64,000 nucleotides of DNA, taken from IMG/VR virus record IMGVR_UViG_3300042888_000268; one strand, given 5' to 3'. Position numbers and translations under genes: made by a program. The notes beneath the pieces were generated by a model. The model saw only the letters and a list, made by a program, of their open reading frames with translations. It had not been told where the DNA came from and made no database searches. Positions 1 to 11,313 of this stretch are shown in pieces. How positions within the stretch are numbered: the stretch's first letter is position 1; each line of letters opens with the position of its first letter. Origin of the DNA: an uncultured virus (IMG/VR IMGVR_UViG_3300042888_000268) (taxonomy: Duplodnaviria > Heunggongvirae > Uroviricota > Caudoviricetes).

Positions 1-3000
1 GGAATGGTGGAGCCCATGATCCTCCTTCTTGATATATTGCATAACCCTGATTAGCATTACCAGAATTACCTCCAACACCTGTAAAGTTAAGTACCTGTAT
101 TGTTGGAGAAGTATTTGCTGCAAGATTGCTTGCAGTAGTTGCTGTAGTAGCATTACCAGACAAGGCTCCACTAAACGTTGTAGCTGCTATAACACCTGTG
201 TTTGATATAGATGCTACATTTGCAGATGTTGTTGCATTTCTAAAAATCCAACCTCTATCGGTTGTATCCATCACAAAATAGGTATTATAAGTACCTGTTA
301 TTGCTCCATGATTACCATATCCTAAACCAGTAGTATTTTTAAACATCATCATAGATGTAGTAGCATTACCACTACTATATAAAGTAAGAGAACCTGTTAA
401 CGATGTTACATCATTATTACTATTAAGATAAAGTGAGCCTGTTAATGATGCACCAGCAAAACTTGGAGCATTACCTGTTCCAACACTTTGGTTGATTGTG
501 TATGCTGTTATATTAGATGCTGAACCTGCTGTGACTGCATAAGCAGCAGCTATTAAACTTGTTGTATAAGGTCCATCAACTGCAACTGAGTTATCTATTG
601 CACCAATTGTTACACCCCAAGTTCCTGTAGTCCAATTGACACCACCAGGATTATTAAATCCATTTGAAAACTCTGTTACGTGAACTTGTGGGTATGACCA
701 TGTAGTTCCATTTTCTCCAATCCAAACACAACCAGAAGATCCATCAGTTCCATATCTTATTGGAAGTACTGCACCAGTATCGGTGGTTAGCATCCATTGA
801 TATCTATTATACGCTGTACTTGGATAAAGATGACAACCTAATTCAATAGTATATCCATTACCTCTTTGACCATACTCATATATTTTAACAGTCATCTTCC
901 ACATACCGTGAACCGGTACTCCAGGTGGTAATTTAATTTTGATTGCACCAGTAACTACAGAAGCAGTAGTTGTATATGATGCCCCTTTTGGACGAGATAA
1001 TCCTACATTAAAATTTCCTACTGGATTTGTTTGAGCTGCAACATAGTCCGAATAACCAGCTGAAGTAGCAGTAGCTGCATTACCTGATATATTTGTTTGG
1101 TCTCCTGTGTTAGTACCTGACAAGTTACTTCCACTTATAGTTCCTCCAACATATAAATTATAAGCTACTCTTACATGGTTATCTCCATTATTAACTGAAA
1201 ATGTTTCAGATCCACCTCCTCCACCACCCGCATAGTTATTGTAAAATCTGGTTCCACCATAACTTGATGACGCACCCAATCTAATACCCGTATGGAAGTT
1301 AATTGTTAATTTAGAATAGTTTCCACCTACGTTTTCTTGTTCTGTGAATATACCATAAGTTCTTAATGATGAACTTTCCCAACCACCAAATGAAATACCT
1401 ACACTAGTTCCTGTTGGATAAGAATAAGGTGTTGCTCCACTATCACCAAAATTTAATCTACCAGATGAAATTGTTGTATCTGAACCACCAGCTGCACTTC
1501 TAAAATGTATAATACCAGCATCTAAATAAATTCCACCAGTATCTGCTTTAAGATGCATATTACCTGATGAATCTCTTGGTCTTAACCAATGAGTACTACT
1601 ATACTGAATACCAGCATTACTTATCATAGTAATATTACCAGCATCATTAATAACATTATTATTCATGTATATAGTACCATATAACCAGTTAGTACCTTCT
1701 GAATAAATACCAGCGGGATGATGAGATGCTTCACCTGTTCCGCCTACGTTTCCACTTCCTCTATAATGTGTTGAGAAAACAGTACCATCACTAGATCTTA
1801 TTTGTACAGCATCACAAGAGTATACTGGAGAACTAGCTCCACTAAACCATCCAATATTGTAACGAGTTCCATCTACTCTTCCTGAATTATGGGTTACTGT
1901 AGCAGCATTACCACTAATATTTGTTTGATCTCCTGTGTTTGTTCCTGATAAGTTAGTAGCACTTAATGTCCCACTTACAGATAAATTTCCATCTCTTGTT
2001 AATGTAAATCTATCACTTGCTCCATCAGCATGAAATCCCATATTAAAATTGGTGTCCATAAACCACCACCAACCATATCCGGAGTTAATACTATTAGAAG
2101 TATTTCTTACTTGCATTTGATATCTCTGACTAGAAGAAATAGCAAGAGGATGAACTGCCCCTCCATTTATAATAATTGTTGATGTAGTAGTTGCACCACG
2201 AGCAGTTACAGAAGCTAATGTATCAGTTTCAGTATAACTTGATATATAACCACTAGGATTAGTTGCATTATAAGGAGTAAAGCCTAGAGCTCCTGTCACT
2301 TGACCAGATGTAATACCTGTAAGATATCCTGAAGGATTAGTAGCTAAATAATATCTACCATCTAAACTAACTGTAACTGTACCTGCATCATTTCTAGTTA
2401 GAGTCAATGTTCCACCACTGAATCCAGCAGATGTTACATAAGTGTTTGTATCAGTATCATAGTCTGTCCAAGTGGTAGTCACTGTAGAAGCGTCTGCTCT
2501 TGTTAGTGTTATAGTCTTAGTAGATGTACCTGATACAGCAACTGTTGTCACTCTATAAGGATCTGTTTCTGTATAAGAAGTTAAGAATGCCGGTACACCT
2601 GTTATTTTAGAATAAGCTAATGACGCTACAAAAGCTGGATTAGCATAAGCTCCTGTAAGAGAAGCATATGTTGTAGCTGCTGTAGCAGAAGTTAAATAAC
2701 CTCCACTAGCATGATTACCCCAACCAAATGCCGTATTCCAGTTTGCACTATTATCAGTGATTGATGTTCCCCAAGCAGTACCTGTAGATAAAGCTATTCC
2801 TGCTGATGGATAAACCATTGAATTAATTGTCCAGCTTCTATCAGCACTTAAATCATATCCTGTTCCATTAATAGTTAGTGTTCTAGTCTGAGGTACCTTT
2901 GTACCTATTGATGTAGAGACTGTTGTTGCAAAGCTAGGGTCATTACCCAAAGCTGCTGCTAACTCATTCAGTGTATCAAGAGTAGCTGGTGCAGCTGCCA

Positions 3001-3991
3001 CAAGATTAGCAACCTGTGTACCTACATAAGACTGTGTTGCATAAGTATTAGCACTAAGATATGATAACACTCTAGCATCTGTATAGTATAAGTTTGTACC
3101 TTCTGATATATCAGAGGTTGTAGCACTAGCCCCCACTGTCACTCTACCTTTAGTGTCTACAGTCACCTTAGTGTATGTACCGGCTGTTACGCCTGATGCA
3201 GCTAAAGTTAATCCTGTACTAGTACCTGTTGTTCCAGTACCCGTTACATCTCCTGTAAAGGTTAATGATCCTGATATAGCAGCTGTTGTTACAGAAGTAA
3301 CACGCCCTTTTGCATCAACTGTTACTACAGGTACAAGCGTTGTAGATCCATAGGTTCCAGCTGTAACACCTGAGTTAGCAAGTGTAAGTGCAATAGATGT
3401 AGTTCCAGATCCTGTAGCGTCACCGCTAACAGAAATAGATTGGTTACCTGATAAATAAGTTACAGCATCTACAGTGCCATCTGCTTTTAAAAACCCTGTA
3501 CTACTACCACCAGTTATTTTAAAACTTGTAGCTTGTATAAAATTATTTGCAAAAACGGCTCCGTTAAATTGTACTTTATGTATAGAAGCAGTAGCTCCAG
3601 TTAAGTTACCTGTAGCATTAGTAATACCAGGACCTATTAATACATTACCATAAACTGCTTCAGAAATAAACACATAGTCACTATTACTATTAGCTGCGTT
3701 AGATGGATTACCTATTTGAAAAAATGAACCAGATTGATATGGAAGAAGTCTAAATATTTTAGTAGCACCTGAAGTGTCGTAACTAATTTCAAATTGTTTA
3801 GTAGTATTCTTAAGTAGATATAAAGCATTAATACTTGCAGAACTGTCTATACCAACAGATCCATCATTAATATCAGTACGTGTATATAATCCATACCCTG
3901 ATACAGGAGCTCCGTTAAGCCCTATAATACCAGTAGTATGATCATACTGAAATACATTAAGTATATGGGAGGTCTTCCTATTTTTATTCAT
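1..3991 (-). CDS. Large modular tail fibre protein (>1300 aa, 3' end outside the window)
   Basis: ATG at 3991 (MNKNRKTSHILNVFQY...). The frame is open where spot-checked, including the window edge (...NANQGYAIYQEGGSWAPPF). It is absent from the ORF track, probably because it has no stop in the window. Shares PATLDTLNELAAALGND, ETDTLASVT and GTNTGDQ modules with the neighbouring fibre. Confidence 0.85.
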   Translation of the reverse strand, partial: MNKNRKTSHILNVFQYDHTTGIIGLNGAPVSGYGLYTRTDINDGSVGIDSSASINALYLLKNTTKQFEISYDTSGATKIFRLLPYQSGSFFQIGNPSNAANSNSDYVFISEAVYGNVLIGPGITNATGNLTGATASIHKVQFNGAVFANNFIQATSFKITGGSSTGFLKADGTVDAVTYLSGNQSISVSGDATGSGTTSIALTLANSGVTAGTYGSTTLVPVVTVDAKGRVTSVTTAAISGSLTFTGDVTGTGTTGTSTGLTLAASGVTAGTYTKVTVDTKGRVTVGASATTSDISEGTNLYYTDARVLSYLSANTYATQSYVGTQVANLVAAAPATLDTLNELAAALGNDPSFATTVSTSIGTKVPQTRTLTINGTGYDLSADRSWTINSMVYPSAGIALSTGTAWGTSITDNSANWNTAFGWGNHASGGYLTSATAATTYASLTGAYANPAFVASLAYSKITGVPAFLTSYTETDPYRVTTVAVSGTSTKTITLTRADASTVTTTWTDYDTDTNTYVTSAGFSGGTLTLTRNDAGTVTVSLDGRYYLATNPSGYLTGITSGQVTGALGFTPYNATNPSGYISSYTETDTLASVTARGATTTSTIIINGGAVHPLAISSSQRYQMQVRNTSNSINSGYGWWWFMDTNFNMGFHADGASDRFTLTRDGNLSVSGTLSATNLSGTNTGDQTNISGNAATVTHNSGRVDGTRYNIGWFSGASSPVYSCDAVQIRSSDGTVFSTHYRGSGNVGGTGEASHHPAGIYSEGTNWLYGTIYMNNNVINDAGNITMISNAGIQYSSTHWLRPRDSSGNMHLKADTGGIYLDAGIIHFRSAAGGSDTTISSGRLNFGDSGATPYSYPTGTSVGISFGGWESSSLRTYGIFTEQENVGGNYSKLTINFHTGIRLGASSSYGGTRFYNNYAGGGGGGSETFSVNNGDNHVRVAYNLYVGGTISGSNLSGTNTGDQTNISGNAATATSAGYSDYVAAQTNPVGNFNVGLSRPKGASYTTTASVVTGAIKIKLPPGVPVHGMWKMTVKIYEYGQRGNGYTIELGCHLYPSTAYNRYQWMLTTDTGAVLPIRYGTDGSSGCVWIGENGTTWSYPQVHVTEFSNGFNNPGGVNWTTGTWGVTIGAIDNSVAVDGPYTTSLIAAAYAVTAGSASNITAYTINQSVGTGNAPSFAGASLTGSLYLNSNNDVTSLTGSLTLYSSGNATTSMMMFKNTTGLGYGNHGAITGTYNTYFVMDTTDRGWIFRNATTSANVASISNTGVIAATTFSGALSGNATTATTASNLAANTSPTIQVLNFTGVGGNSGNANQGYAIYQEGGSWAPPF

Positions 3992-4000
3992 AACTGCTTA

Positions 4001-6904
4001 TTATCTATTTATAAGTTGTTGTACTAAATCTTTTAGTTCATCTATTTCACTCTTCTGAGATTCTATCTGAGTCTGTTGTTCCTTGATTGCTTCAATTAAC
4101 ACTGCGGTTAAACCTTGATATCTCACTGACATAGTTCCATCATCATTAGTCCTAGCTAATTCTGGTAATACTTTTTCTACCTCTTGTGCTACAACTCCAA
4201 TATCTTCTTTAATCTTTGTTAAATGATTTACATCTTTCCAATCAAATCTATAACCATTAAGTTTTAAAATAGATTGTAAAGCATTAGGAACAACTTCTTT
4301 TATGTTTTTTAGCTTTATATCAGAAGGAGATCCGAATGCAGTAATATCACCTGTTGCAACTATACTACCATTTGGATTAATTCTTACTCTTTCTAAACAA
4401 TATCCAGAAGTACTAGCTGCACCGGATGGGTTATAGTTTGTATAGAAAGCTATAAATCCTTGGTCTGGACCATATGAAGATGTACCACCAACAATTCTTG
4501 CATAAGGATAAGGTCCTCCTTTAAAAAATATACCAGTTTGTCTATTATCAGCACCAGTAGTAAAACTAAGTGTTAAAGCATCAGCTGTTGTAGAACCTGA
4601 AAATACCTCAAGTTTATTAGTAGGAGCATCTGTGTTTATACCAAAGTTTCCACCACCATTAAAATAAGTATCCCCACTTCTTGCATTATTTGCTCCTATT
4701 AAAACTTTAACAGTACCACTATCCAACAATCTCATATAACCATCATTCACACCACTACCGGTGTTACCAACATTAAATATCTCTTGTTCTGTTCCTGTTA
4801 AGTTTGCTCTTACGCCTATACTATAAGCAACGTTTAAAGTTCTAGTTGTTGCTGTTATAGCCCCAAGATTAGCAGAAGATGCAGTTAATCTTCCACTTAT
4901 ATAATTATCACCCCAACCTTGCTGATATTTAAAATTGCTACCAATAGTATTAGTTGTTGTAGGAGAATATGTAACATTACCACTGTAAGTAACATAATTA
5001 CCCCCACTTCCATTTGCAAAATTTAATGTCCATGAACCCTCTATATCCATCCATCTATAAGCACAACCACCTCTTAACCATACTATTAACTGACTTGTTT
5101 GATTCTGCTGGGTAACTTCTGCTAACATAGGTTGTGTATAAGCATTTGCTTCTACTTGAACATAAGATGCACCATATCCCCAACCATCTGCTTTTGCTCT
5201 AATTCTACAATGGAACGTACTAAATGTATAATTACTATATCCGGGTTCATCATATCCACCTCTTTCTATTTGAAGAACAGAGATACCTTGTTCACCTGTA
5301 GCTGTACTACCTATCTGAAAAGCAACAGGATAAAATGTATTTGTACTTCCACCTACTGTAAAACTGCCTCTTTGATAACCAAGAATTTTACCCGCACTAG
5401 CAACATAACTTTGGTCTCCTGTATTTGTTCCACTAGATGTTCCTGAATGAGTTCCACTAGATGTACCACTAAAGTTAGATGCTGAAATAGCACCTGCTGC
5501 CGTAAAACTACCACTTATACTTGTACCTCCACCATTTACATTATGAGAGAAAGTAGTTGCACCTGCTCTGTTATTAATTACAAATCCAGGTTCAGAAGGA
5601 CTACCTGAATAATCTTTATACCATATAAATTCAGCAGAACCCCCTCCACCTTTCATTCTAAAATAACCACCATTAGCAATTATATCTCCTGCTCCTATTA
5701 ATACTTGTCCACCACTTTCATTATTTAATTCTAAAATATTACTACTACCACTACCATATCCAAAGTAACCTCTACGAGTACCTGCAGAATTATACCATGA
5801 TTGGTATTGTGGTGCACCTACAGTACTAGGTGTGTTTCTTAGAAATTCATTACCTGAATTTAAGTGTACAACAGATGTAGTAGAATTACCACGACCTGTA
5901 ACACTTGCAAGAGTGTCTGTCTCACTATAACTTGTTATATACCCAGGACCATTACTAAGTTGGTCTAAATTTATCAAACTATTACTTGTCCATACTTTTG
6001 CCCAAGTTTCAGTTGTATTTATAGCACTATTGTTATAATGCCTATAAAAAATACCACCAGATGAACTAAACCCTAATTGACTATAATAATCCCCCGGATG
6101 TCTATTAATAGTTATTATACTATTAGAGTTATTAGTTGCATAAAATAATCCCGTAGTTGAACTAGCAATTCCATATACGTAACCAACAGTTCCACTACCA
6201 AACTGAGTAGTTAAACTACCACTAGCAGTTAACACCCCAGCACTAGTAGCAGTGGCAGCGTTACCACTAATACTTCCAGAAGATGTTATATACCCACTTG
6301 GGTTTGTAGCATTATAAGGAGTAAATCCAAGAGAAGCTTGTTTACCATCAAGAGCTGTCTGTAAACCCGTTACATCAGAAATGATATGACTATGTGTTGC
6401 AGCAGCATATGACCCTGACGCTTGCTTACCGTCTAATGCTGTTTGTAATCCTGTTACATTAGCTATACTATGTGTATGTGAAGCTGCAGCAAAATCACCA
6501 GTGTTATTATTAGCAGCTGTACCGAATGTACGGTAGGCTACGAAATCTCCTGTAGCTGAATTAGCTGCTGTACCAAAAGTTCTATATGCTACAAAGTCTC
6601 CTGTATTAGAAGTGGCAGCTGTACCTAGTCCTAAGTTTGTTCTACCATATCCTTGTAATGTAGCACTCAATCCTTGAGTGTTAATATCCACTCTTAATCT
6701 ATTACCAAGAGCTGTAGAAACTGTTGTAGAGAAGGCAGCATCATTACCTAATGCAGCAGCCAGCTCATTAAGAGTGTCTAGTGTAGCTGGAGATGAGGCT
6801 ACTAGATTACTTATTGCTGTACCAACATAAGTCTGCGTAGCTAAAGAACTTAGGTTTGTTCCGCTATCAGTTAATACGTTATTTGTTATGTTAGCTAATG
6901 CCAT
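4001..6904 (-). CDS. Tail fibre with C-terminal intramolecular chaperone (peptidase S74-like)
   Basis: 967 aa. LDTLNELAAALGND, HxHxIxxVTGLQTALDGKQ fibre repeats, C-terminal SDIKLK..IGVVAQEVEKVLPE..VRYQGLTAVLIEAIKE plus coiled coil. Confidence 0.9.
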   Translation of the reverse strand: MALANITNNVLTDSGTNLSSLATQTYVGTAISNLVASSPATLDTLNELAAALGNDAAFSTTVSTALGNRLRVDINTQGLSATLQGYGRTNLGLGTAATSNTGDFVAYRTFGTAANSATGDFVAYRTFGTAANNNTGDFAAASHTHSIANVTGLQTALDGKQASGSYAAATHSHIISDVTGLQTALDGKQASLGFTPYNATNPSGYITSSGSISGNAATATSAGVLTASGSLTTQFGSGTVGYVYGIASSTTGLFYATNNSNSIITINRHPGDYYSQLGFSSSGGIFYRHYNNSAINTTETWAKVWTSNSLINLDQLSNGPGYITSYSETDTLASVTGRGNSTTSVVHLNSGNEFLRNTPSTVGAPQYQSWYNSAGTRRGYFGYGSGSSNILELNNESGGQVLIGAGDIIANGGYFRMKGGGGSAEFIWYKDYSGSPSEPGFVINNRAGATTFSHNVNGGGTSISGSFTAAGAISASNFSGTSSGTHSGTSSGTNTGDQSYVASAGKILGYQRGSFTVGGSTNTFYPVAFQIGSTATGEQGISVLQIERGGYDEPGYSNYTFSTFHCRIRAKADGWGYGASYVQVEANAYTQPMLAEVTQQNQTSQLIVWLRGGCAYRWMDIEGSWTLNFANGSGGNYVTYSGNVTYSPTTTNTIGSNFKYQQGWGDNYISGRLTASSANLGAITATTRTLNVAYSIGVRANLTGTEQEIFNVGNTGSGVNDGYMRLLDSGTVKVLIGANNARSGDTYFNGGGNFGINTDAPTNKLEVFSGSTTADALTLSFTTGADNRQTGIFFKGGPYPYARIVGGTSSYGPDQGFIAFYTNYNPSGAASTSGYCLERVRINPNGSIVATGDITAFGSPSDIKLKNIKEVVPNALQSILKLNGYRFDWKDVNHLTKIKEDIGVVAQEVEKVLPELARTNDDGTMSVRYQGLTAVLIEAIKEQQTQIESQKSEIDELKDLVQQLINR

Positions 6905-6927
6905 AATCCAAATTTAATTATTTTATT

Positions 6928-9900
6928 TTATACTACTGTCAATTCTCTCCATCCTGTACTTGTATTAACCCATATTCCTTCAACTCCATCTGTTTGATAT
7001 ACTATTAATCCTGTTGCAGGAGAAGCTATTGCCGTTCTTTGTGCTGCAGTCATACGTGGAGGTAAAAAGCCTTGTGTTGTGGCATTTATTTGTAATGCTG
7101 CACTTGCATCTATTGTAAAACTACCACCTGTTGTTCCTGATACTCCTAATCCTGTTGTTCTAATAAATGCTCTTTGTACTGTTGTACCTGCCGCTACATA
7201 AAAATCAATTCCTGAACCTTGATAATTATAAAACTGAGTTACATCATTTGTTTGTATAATAGCACCCATTATGCCACCATTACTTGTTCTAGCTAAGTTT
7301 ATTGTACCTGTATTACCTGTTGAACCAACTGTCAAAGTACTTACCACCCTTGCAGTACCATTAACATCTAGCTTGTAACCTGCAAAGGTATTTATACCTA
7401 AAAGTAAATTTCCAGGTAAAATATTTGTGCTAAGATATTTTGAAACATAAGGAAGCTCCCACTCATGAGTCCATCTACCAGGCATTAAGTTTATAGCTGC
7501 TACTTTTACTAAACTTGCACCTGTAACCCATGTAATTTCTATATCAGTTAAATAGTTATTGCTACCAATGATAAATTTTAAAACTTTAAACGATGCACTT
7601 GTGGATATATCCGTAGGTGCTGATAACGTGTAAAAAACACCATTTGCTTTAACTCTTACAGTTACACTAGTATAACTATTATTGGTATAATAAAAGGAAA
7701 TATAAAGATTACCTTCAGGGTAAGTTATACCATTGACAGGTACACCTGATTGATTAGCTATATTAATATTCCAAACAGTAGTTGTATTTATTGGCAACTC
7801 CTGTCCTGAATCAAATGATCCGTCAAACGGACCTCCACCTAAACCACCAGTAAGAGTAAACCTATTATCAGCTCTATATAGAACATCAGATATCTCATTT
7901 AGTTCTATCTTTCTTTGCCCAAAAAGAGACACAATACTAGTAAAACCGATATTATTAAGCTGTGCTAAACCTGTTACAGTCCCCCCTGCTAATGGAAGGT
8001 AAGCACCACTTGGCAAAACAGATGTATTAACACTACCATCAGCCATTAAAAATTGAGAAGATGTGCCACCACTTTTAATTAAACTTGTTGCCGTTACACT
8101 ACTAGAGAATGTAGCTGCTCCTGTGGATGCTAACTTAAATACTATTGTACTATTTGCATAGCTATACCAATTTAATGCAGTATCATTATTAGCAGTATAA
8201 TTTTCCCATTTATTTCCACCTCCTACTTGAAAAAATATACCTGATTCATTACCACCTGTACTTGTAGCGTTTAAAGTTAAATAACCATTAGAAGTACCAT
8301 CTACTCTTAAATTACCACTAAACCTTCCTGTACCATTAACATCTAGCTTGTAGCCTGCGTCTGTAGTAGTTCCTATTAATAATGCACCACTTACTGCTAA
8401 TCCATTTGTAGGAGCTGCGGTAGATGCTGAATATCCTATTGCAGCATTTCCATTTATTTGTAGGTTTGAACCAATATTAGCAGGGTTATTAATACCAATA
8501 TAACCATTGCTTATAATTCTTAATCTTTCACCACCTAAATTATCTCTAAATGATAAATTTCTTGTATTAAGATAACCTGCAAGAATACTCCAATTATTAT
8601 TATTAGGACTTGTATCATTATTAATTAATTGTAATCTTGCTGTACTTGTGCTTGTATTTTCAACACGAACTGTTGTATTACTTGAACTATTTACAGTTAA
8701 TGTTTCTGTTGCGGTTGTTGTTCCTATTGCCAAATTACCTGCCATATAGTTAGCAGCCGTTCCTGCCATATAGATGTTCCAACGATTAGCGGCAGCATTA
8801 ATATTACTAAAAAACGCATAGTTATTTGTTGCACTTGTAAGAAAATCAACTACAAATCCATATTGATTTGTAACTGCCGAACCTCCACCTATCGTTCCTT
8901 GAGTAGCAATGTAGTGATAATAATTTGCTAATGTAAAAGCAGAAGCAGCAGTAGATAAAGAGTTATGATAACCTCTTGCATCTGTTGTTACATCCGATTG
9001 AATTATACCATCTTGTCTAATTGCATAAGAGGTTGTTGCTCCTGTAATATTTTTTGAAACTGATAAACTTCTTCCCGTCAAACTTGTACTACCTATACCC
9101 AAAGAACCTGCCATATAATTATTAGCAGAACCATCCATATAGATATTCCATCTATTAGCACCGCTTGGAATAGCACCCCTAAAACCATAGTTATTTGTTG
9201 CTCCTGTAAAATTACTATCTACAAAATATGCTTGTTGTGTAGAAATTGCACTTCCTGCACCAATTGTAGTTTGTGCAACATAATGACCATAAACATTATT
9301 TACAGTAAATGAAGCCGCTGCAGTTCCTATAAAAGTAGCATGAAATCTTGCATTAGTAGTTACATCCGATTGAATACTCCCATTTGAATAAGTTCCGTAA
9401 GATGTAACTCCTCCTGTAATATTTCTACTAATTAATAAACCAATAGTTGTTGTTGGTGTACTACCAATTCCAACATTACCATTAACCAAGCTATTAGAAC
9501 CTAAAGTAATTAAAGTACCACTATCTGTAATATTACTATTTCCTATTGTAGAAGCAGCAGTAAATTTAGGTAAGGTGTTTGTTGTACCTGTTCCACCAAC
9601 AGGGTTAGCAGGTATAGCACTTGTTAAAGCCAAAGTACCCGTTGCACTTGGAAGTGTATAAGTATAAGTTCCGTTACTAATAGTTGAACTTAATGTCAAT
9701 GCTCCACTAAACCTTGCAGTACCATTTACATCTAGCTTGTAGCCTGAATCTGTTGTAGTTCCTATTAAGACATTCCCACTCACTGCTAATCCATTTGTAG
9801 GTGCTGCGGTAGATGCTGAATAACCTATTGCAGCGTTTCCATTGACTTGTAGTTTAGAGCCGATTGTGGTTGTGTTTAGTCCCAAATCACCACTTGCATT

Positions 9901-11301
9901 AATTCTTATTTTTTCTAAATTACTTGCAATAAATATAATAGGTAAAGCTGCACCATCTCCACCTATTTGTAAAACCCCATTATTATTTTTAAATATAAAT
10001 CTATTTGTAGTTAAACCAGTATTTGAACCGCCATAGAATTCCATTACTGAAGTAGTATTTGTTCCACTTGGAGCAAATTGAAATACTGCATCTTTATTTC
10101 CCGAATTAGGTTGTATTAATACTTGAGTATATGCAGCAGCATTTGTAGGTTCTACAAATTTAGTTCCTGCAAAATTTATACCTTTTGTAGTACCTGTTGT
10201 TACAGTTAAAGTATCTTGAATATTTGCAGTACCACTTACTACACTATTAGAACCTAAAGTAATCAATGTACCTGTATCAGTAATAATACTATTCCCTATT
10301 GTACTTGCACCTGTAAATTTAGGTAGGTAGTTGGTAGTTCCTGTTCCTGTTACAGGATTAGTCAACACCCCTTGATATTGTGGAATGTTTAATACTCCAC
10401 TTACATATGTTGCTGCTCCGCTAGTGCCTGTTGTTGTTAAACTAATGGCTGCTCTTGCACGAGCATTAGTAAAATATAAATTTGTAGTTCCTTCAGAAAG
10501 TTGATCTGTAGTAGTTGTAGCTCCTTGAAAAACAGGACTAGCTATAATTACATCTATAATATCTCCAGCTAAAGCTGCATCACCTAATGTAATACTAGTG
10601 CCATTAGTAGCTGTAGTTTGATTAGGAGATAAGTATACTCCATTTAAGAATACATCAATAAGTCCAACAATATAACCACCTGTTATAGTGAATACTGTTT
10701 GACCTCCTGTAGCTGTAAAAGTTTGTGTAGATTTAATAGATGCTGCACCACCACTTCCTCCGATTGCTGTAAGAACTCCTGTAGTAGGATCAATAGATAA
10801 CCCTGTACCCACTTTAATACCTCCTAAAACACTAGATGTAGCAATAGGTAAAGTGTATGTAGTAGGAGCTGCACCATTTACCCATTGGGTTCCATTGTAC
10901 TGAAGTACTTGATTAGCAGATGGAGATGTAAGAGTTACATCAGAAAGTCCAGCAAGAGTTGTAACAATACTTACTGCATTAGTAGAGATAGAAGTAATTC
11001 TACCTTTTGCATCAACAGTAATAGTAGGAATATTAGACGCATTACCATACACACCAGAAGTGACGCCAGAATTGGCTAAAGTTAGTATAATAGAAGCAGT
11101 ACCTGACCCGGTGGCATCACCTGATACAGTTATTGTTTGGTTAGCAGTAAGATATGACTGGTTCTTTATGAACGCAGTCGTAGCTAACTTTGTAGAATTA
11201 TCATTGGTTGCAGGAGTCTGACCGGTAGCAGTATTGTTAAATGTAACTACACCATCTACTGTCAGACCGGCCTTAGCCAGTATGTCAGATAGAAACTTCA
11301 T
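6928..11301 (-). CDS. Large tail fibre/spike protein with internal repeats
   Basis: 1457 aa, G/T/S/A-rich. DNSTKLATTAF, repeated GYKLDVNGT, C-terminal GFLPPRMTAAQRTAIASPATGLIVY motif typical of Bacteroidota phage fibres. Confidence 0.85.
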   Translation of the reverse strand: MKFLSDILAKAGLTVDGVVTFNNTATGQTPATNDNSTKLATTAFIKNQSYLTANQTITVSGDATGSGTASIILTLANSGVTSGVYGNASNIPTITVDAKGRITSISTNAVSIVTTLAGLSDVTLTSPSANQVLQYNGTQWVNGAAPTTYTLPIATSSVLGGIKVGTGLSIDPTTGVLTAIGGSGGAASIKSTQTFTATGGQTVFTITGGYIVGLIDVFLNGVYLSPNQTTATNGTSITLGDAALAGDIIDVIIASPVFQGATTTTDQLSEGTTNLYFTNARARAAISLTTTGTSGAATYVSGVLNIPQYQGVLTNPVTGTGTTNYLPKFTGASTIGNSIITDTGTLITLGSNSVVSGTANIQDTLTVTTGTTKGINFAGTKFVEPTNAAAYTQVLIQPNSGNKDAVFQFAPSGTNTTSVMEFYGGSNTGLTTNRFIFKNNNGVLQIGGDGAALPIIFIASNLEKIRINASGDLGLNTTTIGSKLQVNGNAAIGYSASTAAPTNGLAVSGNVLIGTTTDSGYKLDVNGTARFSGALTLSSTISNGTYTYTLPSATGTLALTSAIPANPVGGTGTTNTLPKFTAASTIGNSNITDSGTLITLGSNSLVNGNVGIGSTPTTTIGLLISRNITGGVTSYGTYSNGSIQSDVTTNARFHATFIGTAAASFTVNNVYGHYVAQTTIGAGSAISTQQAYFVDSNFTGATNNYGFRGAIPSGANRWNIYMDGSANNYMAGSLGIGSTSLTGRSLSVSKNITGATTSYAIRQDGIIQSDVTTDARGYHNSLSTAASAFTLANYYHYIATQGTIGGGSAVTNQYGFVVDFLTSATNNYAFFSNINAAANRWNIYMAGTAANYMAGNLAIGTTTATETLTVNSSSNTTVRVENTSTSTARLQLINNDTSPNNNNWSILAGYLNTRNLSFRDNLGGERLRIISNGYIGINNPANIGSNLQINGNAAIGYSASTAAPTNGLAVSGALLIGTTTDAGYKLDVNGTGRFSGNLRVDGTSNGYLTLNATSTGGNESGIFFQVGGGNKWENYTANNDTALNWYSYANSTIVFKLASTGAATFSSSVTATSLIKSGGTSSQFLMADGSVNTSVLPSGAYLPLAGGTVTGLAQLNNIGFTSIVSLFGQRKIELNEISDVLYRADNRFTLTGGLGGGPFDGSFDSGQELPINTTTVWNINIANQSGVPVNGITYPEGNLYISFYYTNNSYTSVTVRVKANGVFYTLSAPTDISTSASFKVLKFIIGSNNYLTDIEITWVTGASLVKVAAINLMPGRWTHEWELPYVSKYLSTNILPGNLLLGINTFAGYKLDVNGTARVVSTLTVGSTGNTGTINLARTSNGGIMGAIIQTNDVTQFYNYQGSGIDFYVAAGTTVQRAFIRTTGLGVSGTTGGSFTIDASAALQINATTQGFLPPRMTAAQRTAIASPATGLIVYQTDGVEGIWVNTSTGWRELTVV

Positions 11302-11313
11302 TCAGTTTATTTA

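Noticed and set aside
8320..9845. DGR template/variable repeat pair in fibre genes
   Set aside because: Both copies are in-frame coding, the mismatches are not adenine-specific, and there is no reverse transcriptase in the window.
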